This document shows, piece after piece, positions 1 to 11,379 of a stretch of 64,000 nucleotides of DNA. The position numbers were made by a program, and so were the translations under genes. Source of the DNA: Camelus ferus (taxonomy: Eukaryota); assembly GCF_009834535.1 (NCBI RefSeq), contig NC_045698.1, positions 104,718,001 to 104,782,000 on the forward strand. Direction: 5' to 3'. Below the pieces are notes generated by a model. It saw only the letters and a program-made list of their open reading frames with translations. It was not told the origin of the DNA and did not search any database. Within the stretch, counting starts at the first letter, position 1. Every line of letters begins with the position of its first letter.

Positions 1-146
1 ACTGGACTTTACCTGTAAAACACAAGTTCAAAGACAAAATTATTAAGAATTTCAGGATGGCCACAACACAGCAATAAACTAAACACAGGAGCGTGAGTCC
101 CTGTGCAGACAACTACACAGATCCCAAATCCTTGAAGCTGGCCTTA
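1..146 (-). mobile_element. MER45-family non-autonomous hAT (Tip100) DNA transposon remnant
   Basis: AAATTATTAAGAATTTCAGGATGG...GCAATAAACTAAA...GAAGCTGGCCTT matches the recalled reverse complement of MER45. Confidence 0.65.
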
Positions 147-624
147 GAAAAGATGAAAGTGATTAAGCAGGCCCCAGAATGACTGCAAACAAACTGTCAA
201 ATAATAAGCATCCTTCAGAGGTCCCTACAGCCATCTTATAAAGAGTGCCCAAGTGAAGCACCCAGCTCTTAAGAGTAGAGACAGGAAATAACAATTGTGT
301 GCTACTAATTTTCACATGGTCTGTGGTATCTCAGGTCCAGTGGGCCATGTGAGACTGAGAACCTATAAAACACAAAACCATCCTTCTAGGGAAATTGTTC
401 CTGAGTTCTCAAAAACCAACTTGCAAATCTTCTTTGGGAACCCACCCCATTTCTAAGGTAAAAAATACCAACTCTGTCACTAATGGGAGAACATCTGGCT
501 CTTTAACAAGGCAGAGCCCAGTTGGGGGTCCTGCTGAGACCATGAAGAGGTGGTTGGAAGCAAACAAGTGCTGTAGAATCTGTGAGCTGGAAGCCTGGAG
601 ACCCGGATAGGGTGATCAGTTCTG

Positions 625-740
625 ATAGGAAGTGTGTGACCTTAGTTAACTCACTTTGAAACACGAAGCCTCGTTTCTCTCTTCTGCGAAACAGGGGAGT
701 TGGATTTGATAATCCCCGAGGGCCATACTAAGCTAAAAAT
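625..740 (+). mobile_element. MIR/MIR3 SINE fragment
   Basis: GTGTGTGACCTTAGTTAACTCAC...GCCTCGTTTCTCTCTTCTGCGAAACAGGG resembles the MIR core. Confidence 0.55.
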
Positions 741-1269
741 AACCAGAACCAGCAAAACTTTGTGCAGCTGGAGAAGGCAGAGAAGAAAGAGTTGACAAAG
801 TCATGTGGAAAACCTTGACAGTGAATAATGAACAGGAGACACTTTTAGAAACCACTGTGGTTAGGACCGGCTCTTCACAGGTCTTGAAAGTTCCTTGGCA
901 GCTTACGGCCTGGTTTCTTCCAGCCAAGGTAGTGTCGGTTGGAGCAGCAGTCAGCAGCAGCACTTGCAGCCAGCTTGCTTTCCTGCCTGCCCGCCTGGGG
1001 AAGTGCCTTTCTTCTTGTTACTCTCTAGTACAACTTTGGCCAATTTGTGACCCTTGACCAGAGGAAGATCCTGAAGAACTTGTGATCTCTCTAAATTTTT
1101 TTTTTTTAAATCACTGCTATTTTTCTTATTAACCCATTCCTAGCCTCTGACCACTTTAAGTCTCTAGGAACATTGGTGGAAACAAAGCTGTCAGGTGATA
1201 GTAGGTTTTGGAAGAAAGTAAGATGGACTGAGTACCTGAGCCCTAGCTCTGATGCTGGCAAGCTGGGGT

Positions 1270-1840
1270 ACCTCGTGGCTATTATTTTTTCCCCTCTCCA
1301 GCATCTTTTCTTAGATGACAGCACCCTGTTTTTCATGTGTGGATACACCCCTCTTCTACTGTGAAATCCTAACGTTTAGGTGGGACTGACTGTCCCCTAG
1401 CTCTTGAGTAAGCTCTTACTGCATCAGTGCACTTGGCACACCCTATCTCTCTGCCCACAGTGACAGATCAGGGCTAAGGGGAGGATCTGATTAGGGCCAG
1501 TGAGAAAACTTGAGATCTGTAATAGCGTGCTTCTAGAAGAGAAAAGTTAGGTATCTGTTCACTAGATTTAAAGTTCTAAGCATGTGAGGCTTTGAGTTGC
1601 TGAAGCCATTTTGCTGTTACGAATCTGAGCCAGTCTGAGTAAGGCCAACAAATGTATGAAGCAAAGCAGAACTAATAGAAAAGAACAGACACTGTGACTC
1701 AATGACATTTCCTGAGCCTCTGGATCAAACTGTGCCTGAAGCCAAATAGCACCCCCAGATCTGAACCAATAAATCTCTGTGTTTCCTTAAGCTGCTTTTA
1801 ACTGAGATTTTGGTCACTTGCAAGAATAATAACACTTACT
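1270..1840 (+). mobile_element. Old MaLR solo LTR (MLT1J/K/L-like)
   Basis: The 3' end CTGGATCAAACTGTGCCTGAAGCC...CCAATAAATCTC...TTAAGC...GGTCACTTGCAA is typical of old MLT1 LTRs. Confidence 0.65.
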
Positions 1841-2124
1841 ACAACACTTTACCTCTCTGGACCTCAATTTCCTCTGCAGCAAAACAGCTACTTTGTGGAC
1901 AGTAATGGACCAGCATCACAGTATAATCTTTTCCAGGTGTGGCCATAATTCCAAGTGGCAGCAAAGACAGTTTTCCCAAATGCCAACAACTGGTTTCTTC
2001 ACCCAGTAGACATCAGATTTCAAAGCCTTGTGTACATGTTACATAGCAGCCTTTAACAGATAAAATTGCTCCCCTATAGTATGATCCTGTATCTCTAGCC
2101 AGGGTCTTTTTTCTGAACCTCAGA

Positions 2125-2720
2125 TGCCATATCCAACTGAATACTGGATACCCCCACCTAGATTTCTTACAGTCATCTTGACCTGGCAGGTCCCAAACTG
2201 AACAGGGATCCTCCAACCCTCCCCAGCTGCACCCTGTGTTCCCACTCAAAATTAATGGCACCACCACTCACCCAGTTACCCAAACCTGAAACCTATAAGC
2301 TGAATGTTCCTCCCTTTCCATTTTCCATCTTCCTTCACAATCCATTCCATCTGCAAGCCTCATGAAGTCTGCCTTCCAAATAGCTCTCATATTTTCACAT
2401 TTCTCTCTAACATTCCTGCTCTCCTATACTGGGGTCCACCATTATCTTGGCCAACCCCTGAAAAATATTTCTAATTGGCATGAAGATGGCTCTCTCCTTC
2501 TGGGTTCTGTTTTCAGTTCCTTCTCTGCATCCTTTTGTGCCAGACACAGTAAGAGCCCTGGGGCTACTCCCCCTACGTGGCCACACGATCCTTTGTGGCT
2601 CCCCTTGGTAGGTAAACCTTCCCTAGATTGTTCTAATGCGAGTTTCCCATCTGCTTCCCATTGGGATCCTAACCCTTACACACCTTCCCTGGAGCACCTG
2701 CACTGCCAACAAGGATGACC
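2125..2720 (+). mobile_element. L2 LINE fragment
   Basis: ATCCAACTG...CCCAAACTGAAC...AATGGCACCACCACTCACCCAGTTACCCAAACCTGAAACC matches the L2 3' region. Confidence 0.7.
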
Positions 2721-3274
2721 CCTCTGGTGATTCTTCTTTCCTCTGCTCCTCCTCTAGACTTCTGACTAAGTAGCCTGGAGAGAAGGATGGAGGAAGCTGA
2801 GAGGCTTATGGTGCCAAGGCCAGTTTTGACTTTTAGGAAGCCCTGAGGATTTGTGGGAGAGGAGTGTCCCGGCCCCAACTGTGAAAACTCTTTTTAGAAT
2901 GAGGGACAACTCCTCTTTGTTCATTGTTCGAGTCCTGATTATCAGTGCTGGAGCAATAGGAAAAATTGCACTGACCATCCTCTTACAGCCTCTGCTGCAG
3001 GACTTAAGTCTCCAAACACACACAGGCTTTGTCACCACAGATCTTTCTATTGCTAGTTGATATCTTCTTTGTATTAAGTATCTTTACCAAAGCTTTGCCT
3101 TGAATGCTTATGGGTGGACAGTACTCAGGTAGCAGAGGTTGCTCCTACCTGGAGGCAAGACAGATGAGGGAAGCAAAACAAACGCAGTCAGTGTGACCCA
3201 GCTGGTAATGAGCTTTTTGCATCTGAGACTGTCATGCTTGTGTAGCATGTTACAGTTTAACAAGAGCTTTCATC

Positions 3275-3460
3275 CCACAGGGGCTGGCATATGGCTGAGT
3301 AATCAATAAATGTTTTGTAAATGACTGAATGAATCTGTGGAGTCATTCTGTCCTCTTAAAATAACCGTGTGAAGCAGGCATAACAGGGACCACCCTTCTC
3401 ACTCTACAGAAAAGGAAACTTGGGCCCAAGATGGCAGATTAAGTTTCTTGAGACCACACA
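3275..3460. mobile_element. L2 3' terminus (+) followed by a MIR fragment (-)
   Basis: CAATAAATGTTTTGTAAATGACTGAATGAAT is an L2 tail. CTACAGAAAAGGAAACTTGGGCCCAAGA is MIR in antisense. Confidence 0.5.
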
Positions 3461-4259
3461 TCCCGCAACTACAGCGGCTCAAGTCAGTGTGTCACATCCC
3501 ACCTTGACAGGCACCACTACAGCACAGCTGGGAGCTACCACAGGGACCAGATAAGTAGGTAGAAGTTCAGGCTGCTAACTGGCTGGGAATTGAGCAAAAG
3601 GAAAAAGAAAAAGACCTTCTGGTGCCAAGACTCCAGGGAAATGTTTGTTGACTTTTTGCTTCATATTGACTACTTCCAACTAGGATTTGAAGCTAACTTT
3701 TCGATATAAGGGCTCCCTGGGGTGGGTAAGGAGCTCAGGACCTTGTTGCTGTGGTTCTCCAGGCAACCACAAACCCATAGCAGCTCCAGGAAAATGCCTG
3801 AATTACATGGAAAATGACGAGGAACTACAGAGAAAACAGAGAGAACTTGCGGGAAAGTGGAAACAGAAAAACAAGAATTCAAAGGGCAAAACAAGAGCAG
3901 CGCCAGGGGCAGGACAACAGCATCAGCGCTGTGCCGTCAGGATGCCCAGGGTGCCTCCCCCGGAGCCCTTCATCACAACACTGCCCCGTGTAAAACTGAA
4001 CTAAGAGGGGTCCAAAGGAACCAGATGTCCTAGCTCTCAGCCAGACCTCTTAAAATGGATTTGCTGGTGGAGTGATCTGAAAACGTAGATGTGAGCATTC
4101 ATTCCCCTGCTCGCTGGGCTCCCCTTTATTCCCCACCACCTGCAAAATGAGGTCTGCTTCTCCACAGAGCCCACAGGCACTGCTGAATTTCTCTCTCTAC
4201 CTCCATCCATTTTCTTGAATCTGGTCATTTGTGCAGGTTTCTCCCGCATTGGCTAACTA

Positions 4260-4510
4260 CTGTTGATCCTGAGGGTTGAAGGTCAACGTTACTTTCTCCA
4301 GAGATGCCCTCTGACCCCCTTTCCACCCCCATATTAGGTCCAGTGTTCTTTTTCCACGTTTCCATGGCATTGTGGACCTTTCATGATGGTCACACAGTCA
4401 GCTCTGCTAAGAGTGTGGGTGTTGCATCCTCAGCTACATCTCCCACACAAAGCAGACGTCCTGGCTCTTAGGAAGTGTCCATTAAGTATTTGCTGAACAA
4501 ACAAGAAGGA
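4260..4510 (+). mobile_element. L2 3' end
   Basis: Begins with GTTACTTTCTCCAGAGATGCCCTCTGACC and ends with CATTAAGTATTTGCTGAACAAACAA. Confidence 0.55.
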
Positions 4511-4984
4511 GAAATACTCAACATCTCTGTAAAAATCCTCGATCTTACCAAGTAAGGCGGGAAAGGGAAATAACCTAGTGGGGGTGGAGGCATGTGAGCA
4601 AAGAGGTTTTCCTTTAGGACAGAAACCCAGAGAAATAAATGGCCCTGAATCCAGGGATCATCAAGGAGCATATTACCCCCTTAACAACTGCAGTTATAAT
4701 TCTCTACTGGGAATAGGGGCCTTCTTGGAAGGACTGGAGACATTTGGAAAAGTCCTTCCTTAAGAAGAAAAGCGGAGAACCAAAATCCACCCAAGTGTCT
4801 GGATACATCTGAAAAGAGATCACACGCAAATGAGCAAGTGGACAGGAGAGCCGATGTGGGGCTGGCAGAGTCACCCCGACTAGAAGGACAAGCTGCTCCT
4901 CAGTTCCAGCCAATTGCTGAAACACAAGAATGCAGGGCACTATTGCCAGATCTTATGATTTTCCAGAGAAGCCAGAGGTCCCTG

Positions 4985-4986
<2 letters not shown>

Positions 4987-5024
<38 letters not shown>
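4987..5024. repeat. (GT)19 microsatellite
   Basis: Perfect dinucleotide run read directly from the sequence. Confidence 0.97.
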
Positions 5025-5026
<2 letters not shown>

Positions 5027-5334
5027 AAGCCTCCCAAACTTGTTTATATTTTTTATAGTTACCGATGAGGCCAAAAAAACAACTTGCATGAGCCCAGTGA
5101 TGCCAGTGTTTGACCTTTGTCCAAACAAACCTGGCCTCCCATGGGTCTGTTTATCTAAACCTGTAGACACCAGAGTTCCAAACAACATGATTCACCCAGA
5201 GAAAGTGATCAATACATGAATAACTCAATGCGGACAGAGATCTGTCTGTGTCAATTATTGACACATCGTAGGCGGTCAGTAAATAGCTGCTGAATAGGAA
5301 AAAGAAAAAAAAAAAAAAGGAATAAATGCATGCC

Positions 5335-5366
5335 TGCAGTTCAAGATTTCTACCACTAGATGGCAA
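5335..5366 (+). promoter_or_regulatory. CTCF-binding motif (core plus upstream module)
   Basis: Core CCACTAGATGGCA at 5353-5365 fits CCASYAGRKGGCR. Upstream TGCAGTTC starts 18 bp before the CCAC. Confidence 0.7.
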
Positions 5367-5668
5367 GGTTGAGTTTTTCTGCAGGTGGAAGCATTGTGTT
5401 GGAGACTTCTGAGTGGGAGGATTTGCGTTAAACCAAACAAATCTCTAAAAGAAACAACTTTCATTAATCTAGTTGTATGGGCATGTCTAAAAGCCATGCA
5501 TACTTAGCCTGAATGTCCCACAAATGCCAATAACTGTTTACTTACTGTCTTTGCCATCTCTGCTCACTTCCCACCCCAGTCAGCTCTGGATACAAAGTCA
5601 TTAGGAGATGGTTTCCCTGGGTATAAGTAGCATCCATGGTTAGAAAATGAGGATGAATACTAGATGGT

Positions 5669-5692
5669 GGGGCTGGGGCAGGGGTCGGGGGG
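5669..5692 (+). other. Four-tetrad G-quadruplex motif
   Basis: GGGG-CT-GGGG-CA-GGGG-TC-GGGGGG. Confidence 0.75.
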
Positions 5693-5779
5693 TAGTTTTG
5701 TATCTAAGAAGTTCACAGTCTTTTGGGGTAAACAGACCTTTACTCCAGTTATAATACAATGTACCTGATACTATAATGG

Positions 5780-6420
5780 TGATATGTAGACGATGCTGTG
5801 TGGACTTAGAGAAGAGAGGGACAACTCTTTGTTGAGGAGGGTGCAGGGAGACCTCACATAAATAGTTCATGGCCGGGACGGACCTTGAAGGATGAGTAGG
5901 AATTCACCAAGGTACAAAGGCAGGAAGAACATTCACTCATTCATCAAATATCTATTGAGCATCTATCTATGTGTACCTGGCACTCCTGCTGACCATTGGG
6001 GATGTAGCAGTGAACAGGACACAAGGGTTCTGCCTTCCAGGAACTCATGATGCAATGGGAGACATGCTTAATAATCAAGAGAGGAAATAGGTTTTTAAAA
6101 AGTTACAGCTTGTGGGAAGAACTATATTATATAGGGTAGGCCAGTGAGGCATCTCAGAGGAGGTTGCACTGCAGCTGCAACTAAGAAGCACCAGTCATAT
6201 GAGAAAACGGTGAGGTGGGAGCGGGGGCACAGGGGATGCTTTTAGCAGACAGAATACTGAACGCTATCAAGGTAGAAGACCTAGCCATTGTGAAACCATT
6301 TATGAAAAGTAGGGACACCTCCCAGTATATTTGAGGAACAGAAAAAAGCTCTTGTTGTACTAGGATGTACACTGGGAAAGGAAGAAAGAAATTTGTGGGA
6401 GCTGAGGCCAAAGAGATGGG
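5780..6420 (-). mobile_element. L2 fragments including an L2a-type 3' end
   Basis: CACTCATTCATCAAATATCTATTGAGCATCTA...GGGGATGTAGCAGTGAACAGGACA is the reverse-complemented L2 tail. Confidence 0.75.
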
Positions 6421-7480
6421 CAGTGTCCCATGGGTGGCAGGTCTCAGACTTTATCTTAAAATCCAATCTTTCCCAAGCCAGTGTCAAACTCACCATTTCT
6501 GCAAGTCTCATTCCACCAGAACTATTATTTCCTTATTTTTCTTTCAATAATGTAATTTTTACATAAAATATTTTAAAGGAAAGTTTAATAATATTGTCAC
6601 ATATATTATATATAGAAGGGCAGTGTCATTTGCCACTAAGAATAGGTAACCAGAAAAATGAACATAAGACCAATGAAATTGTAAAATATCTCATATAACT
6701 CCTGAAATTTTCTCAAGTGGCTCACATCCTACATAGGATGTGGGAAGGGTGGACACGAGGAATTTTAACTAGAGAGCTAAGGAGATGAGGTTGCATTTTG
6801 GAAATCAGCACTGAAAGCGCTATTCCACTTATATGTTCTACAAAAACGTGATGATGATCCTGGCAGCCATAATACCCCATAAAAGGGATATTCCTCGACA
6901 AAAACTGCTCCACCCAAGGGGCTTTCCAGTGGTGAGTTACATGAAGCCAATTCTGAAAGCCCTGACAGATAGCAGGCTACCACACAAAAATTCAGGGAGA
7001 GACCAGGTAAGAATGACCTGCTCATTCAAATTCCCTTGTTTAGTATCAATTTCCTCCAGCTTGAGGAGGATCGCCTAGCTACTTGGCAGCTGGTAAGTAA
7101 AGAGATTTAGATAAAGCTCCTGAAAATGAGGAACCAGCTCATAATTCTTGACTTGGGAAAGCCATAATACAAAATCTAACAGACTCTTTTGTTCTTCTTA
7201 CAAATTCATATCTGGCAGCTTAAAGAAAGAAGCCCACTTAAGCACCCGTCCCCTAGAGCAGTTTAGCTTTTTGTTTTGCCATTTGACAAATATTTATGAA
7301 GCACCTATAAAAAGTCAGATACTATGAAGAAATCAAAAGTGCTTACTGGTTTACAAATTCAAATGCCAAACAGGTGCCAGGAGAGAAATGTTAATGAAAG
7401 AAGCAGCCCAGCATAAGACAATAGGGAGTGGTGGGGACTGTGGTGAACTAGAGAGTACAATCCCCACTTAAAAGGGGAAA

Positions 7481-8125
7481 TTGTGACAGGGCTTAATTTC
7501 CAGAATACACAAACACTTCCTACAACTTAGTAACAAAAAAACCCCCCAAACAACCCAGTCCAAAAATGGGCACAACCTAAATGTCCATCGACAGATGACT
7601 GGANNNNNNNNNNNNNNNNNNNNNNNNNNNNNNNNNNNNNNNNNNNNNNNNNNNNNNNNNNNNNNNNNNNNNNNNNNNNNNNNNNNNNNNNNNNNNNNNN
7701 NNNNNNNNNNNNNNNNNNNNNNNNNNNNNNNNNNNNNNNNNNNNNNNNTGATAGCACTTACATATGGAATCTAAAAAAAAGACAAATGAACCTATTTACA
7801 AAACAGAAACAGACTCAGACACAGAAAACAAATTTATGGCTATCAGATGTGGAAGCAGGTAAGAAGGGATAAATCGGAAGTTTGAGATTTGCAGATACAA
7901 ACTATTATATATAAAATAGATAAATAACAAGTTTATACAGTATAGCACAGGGAACTGTATTCAGTATCTTGTAGTAACCCATAATGAAAAAGAATATGAA
8001 AATGAATTTACGTATGTATATGTGCAACTAAAACATTATGCTGTACACCAGAGATTGACACAATACTGTAAACTGATTATACTTCAATAAAAAATTTTTA
8101 CAGGAAATATAAAAAAAAAAGAATG
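7481..8125 (+). mobile_element. 5'-truncated young L1 (artiodactyl/camelid type) with TSD; partly N-masked
   Basis: Carries the L1 3'UTR (GAGTTTGAGATTTGCAGATAC-like, GCTGTACACCAGAGATTGACAC, AATAAA, A-tail). TSD AAAGGGGAAA at 7471-7480 and 8126-8135, with a TT/AAAA endonuclease site. Confidence 0.9.
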
Positions 8126-9602
8126 AAAGGGGAAACCATTCTTCAGTTCCAGGTAATAGTAGCAATGCAGGAATGTTGGGCCTATGTTGATAAGACTTCA
8201 GATATTTCAACAGAAAAATTATTGCACAATGATCATTATATTTAGGGGGAAAGTCAGGAGTGGGAAGAATATCTCCATCATTTTAAAAGTTGGCAAGTAA
8301 ATCAAAAAAGTTTTAAATACTCTGAGGGCCAAGGAAAATATATTTACAGACAGAATGCAATCCAAGGGCCCCAGTGAGTGACCTCTGGGTGTCACAGAGT
8401 CTCAGCCTTTTTGGGGCTTGTGTGTTAGGAGATAAGACATGTTCATAAATAACTCCAATACAGAACATGGTGATAAGTGTTGTGTGAACAAGACAAAGCA
8501 CCAAAGGAATTCAGAGGAGAGAGGAATGACTGTGTAGCAAAGCCCTAAGTGGGGAGCAGGGGTTTCTCCCAAGGCTATTTCTGGCCACATATCAAGGAAC
8601 CCACTGAACTCAATGAAGAAGGGAAAGAGAGACTCCAGTGAGCCCAACAGGCTGGTCAGAGAAATAACTGACAACATCGGGTCGGAGCATCAGCATATCC
8701 CAGAAAGCATTTTCAAGATGCACATGTCTAGCTCTTAACTCAGACATCCTAAATAGGAATTTCTTGGGTTGAGTATTATGCACCCAAATTTCAAAATACA
8801 TCTTCCGTTAATTCTTATTAGGGCCCTTCATTAAGAACCTCTGCTCAAAGGAGGTGCCCCCACAATGCTGACTAAAACAACAGATGTTAACTCTTCTGCT
8901 CTTCCTACTCCCCCAAATTCAAACAAACTAGGATCCGCAGGTTGCTGGATTTTCTAGCTGGGAGTGCACAGCTGGAGCCTGCACATGGGACCCCCAGCCA
9001 AGGGGGATGCCAGAGCCAAATCTGCTGCCCCTTTCACCATCGACCATCCCTCCCGAGGGGTTGCTTATCTCAGCACCAATTTACCCTAACAACTCCTACA
9101 TCAGACTGTGCACCCAGAGAAGAAACGCAAAGAATGCAGTGTTGTTTGGCTGTTTGAATCACATACATTTCAAAATCAATGAACCCTTTAACACACAGAA
9201 GTTGTAGCTTTCTTACGGTGCCCCTCCTCCTTTGATCTCTGACCATGCTCTTCCAGTCCAGATTCCAGTAAAACTGCAAGTTGTACATCCTTCTAAGCTG
9301 CGCATTGAAAGACTTTTGACAATGGGAAAGCCTCTAGACTTAAAATTAATGACTCCATAAAGTTCTAACAGCTGCCATTAAAATAGAAATGCTTGCAGTT
9401 TGCAAACCACATGTGCTGGCCAAAATAAAGTGAGGGGAAAACCCTTGAATCCTGCAAGAGGAAATGATCCCAGGAAACTTGAAGCTGCAGTCAGTAGGGT
9501 GGAAAGTGCCCATGCAGCTTGATTATGCTCTTGTGTACTCAACAAGGGGGAATAACAAGCCCTTGAAACAACATTACTTCATGTTGTATGTATTCTGTAA
9601 TT

Positions 9603-9603
<1 letters not shown>

Positions 9604-9646
<43 letters not shown>

Positions 9647-9764
9647 TTTTAATTGAGTTATAGTCATTTTACAATGTTGTGTCAAATTCCAGAGTAGAGC
9701 ACAATTTTTCAGTTATACACGAGCATATATATATTCATTGTCACATTTCTTTTTCACTGTGAGA
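9604..9764 (-). mobile_element. Very short camelid-type L1 3' end with (TTTA)n tail and TSD
   Basis: (ATTT)n tail, then GAGTTATAGTCATTTTACAATGTTGTGTCAAATTCC. TSD CTGTAATTT at 9595-9603 and 9765-9773. Confidence 0.9.
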
Positions 9765-9789
9765 CTGTAATTTAGAATCGTGTTTACAC

Positions 9790-9900
9790 CCCCTGCCTCA
9801 TTTCATTTTCACAGCAGTCTTGAGTGGTGGGCAGCACAGGATTACTATAATCGTTTTACAAAGAAACTGGGGCTCAGAGAAAGGCTGTACAGTGAATAAG
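9790..9900 (-). mobile_element. MIR fragment
   Basis: TTTTACAAAGAAACTGGGGCTCAGAGAAAGG. Confidence 0.55.
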
Positions 9901-10707
9901 TGATGTTGCTGCCAAACGTCCCTTCCCCCTTCCCCCAGTTTTCCTCTGGGAAACATCCTCCCCTGTTCTCAGTCCAAGTGTTTTGGAAGGATCTGAAAAC
10001 ACCATTTATCACTCTCAGGACTGGGCATGTGAATCACAGTATCAGACCTTTTGGGTCCCACACATTTCCTCAGGGATGAGCCTATAGACTTGGTTAGAGT
10101 TTACCAGATTTAAGACTCTTGTTGGTTGGTGGGGAGACGTGCCCGCTTTTCTTCTTACCATCATGTAATCATAGAGGAAAGTAGAACCACTGGAAGGAGA
10201 GAAACCTGGCCAAAGTGGAATGATTGACTGTTCCTGTCTTGAAGCAATGATATTTTCTTTTTTCACTTAACCTAACTTGTGCTAGATTTATTGATACCTG
10301 TAACTGGAGAGTGATTCAAAATGTGCATGGTATCTATTTCCCCATCACTTCACTTTGCTTGTGAGCAACACAGGTCTCTAGGCCCCCGTCAGCATCACCT
10401 TTCTACATTCACGTGTTGTCAGTCGGCAACTTCTCTGCAAAGGCTGGGGAGGGACGAGGGAGGGAATATGACCAACTCTCTTTTTACCGTCTAAAAATTT
10501 CTAGCTATTCACCAGCCAGTGGCTTGCGTGTCCTTGGCTCAAGTGCACCCTCCCTTCCTGACCCAACCCACAGTGGCCAGAGGGTGGGGTGAGGAAAGGC
10601 CAATAGGTGATAAGGCACAGGACGTGGTCACTTAAGCAGCAGAGGTTCAGAAAAGGCAGCTCCCTTTGAAAGAGGCTGTAGGCTCAGTAAACCTTTCTAC
10701 AGCACCA

Positions 10708-11030
10708 GTGCTTCTCAATGGAGTCTCAGAGATCCACAAATTCTTGGGAATCCTATAATAATGTTATAATTTTTCATCCAACTTTTATGATCATTTAAAC
10801 ACTTAATACTTGGGTCACCTGCATTATTATCTCATGAGATTTCAGTGCCTGTATTTGTCGTGTTTATAAGCAAACTTGGACTGAAGTAATACTACTTAGA
10901 TGTCATGGCTAATTAAAAAAAAATAGAGGCAGTCTTAATGAGTAAATGATGTATTCACAGCAAGTGAGAGCCCCATGATATCACAGAATTTCATGGAACA
11001 AAATTCTGCAGCAATGCAAAGAAAAAACCT
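10708..11030. mobile_element. hAT-Charlie-type non-autonomous DNA transposon remnant
   Basis: Starts with a CAGTGCTTCTCAA terminus. Internal AAGCAAACTTGGACTG...TACTACTTAGATGTCATGGCT resembles Charlie-derived MERs. Confidence 0.45.
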
Positions 11031-11379
11031 GTGATGGGAGATCTGAGGCTCAAGTGAGTGCAAACAAGTCAGATTCTAAAGGACTTTTCCGGAGCAGGTA
11101 TGAGCAGAGAATTCCCTTCAGTCAAACAGGATTATCCCTCACACTTGATTAAATGTGTCCACTTAATTTGTAGTTATTTTGTAATTTTATTTGCAGTTAA
11201 TTTACTACTTTGTTTTTGCTATTTTAATTGAATACAAGCTATAAAATGAGCAATTTACTCCTACTTTTATGTTTGTTTATATGTAGATAACATTCTACTA
11301 AGAGAAACGTCAACACTGGGAACCACAAGAAATCTCTTTTTCCTTTGAAAGACTTGGTCAGTGTCTCAAGCTTGAAAAC

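Noticed and set aside
3687-4004. 105-aa ORF with a coiled-coil-looking MENDEELQRKQRE stretch
   Set aside because: The composition is explained by an A/G-rich tract. No family match is recognised and there is no retrocopy hallmark.
2851-5219. ORF-track entries 2851..3060 and 4989..5219 labelled minus
   Set aside because: Their peptides read from the plus strand, so the labels look wrong. Neither is a credible gene; the second starts in the (GT)n repeat.
6723-6742. Hairpin CACATCCTA-CA-TAGGATGTG
   Set aside because: A 9-bp arm is expected by chance in 64 kb and is too short for a pre-miRNA.
6848-6956. C box (GTGATGA) and D box (CTGA) pair suggesting a snoRNA
   Set aside because: There is no terminal stem and no recognisable guide sequence; both boxes are common by chance.
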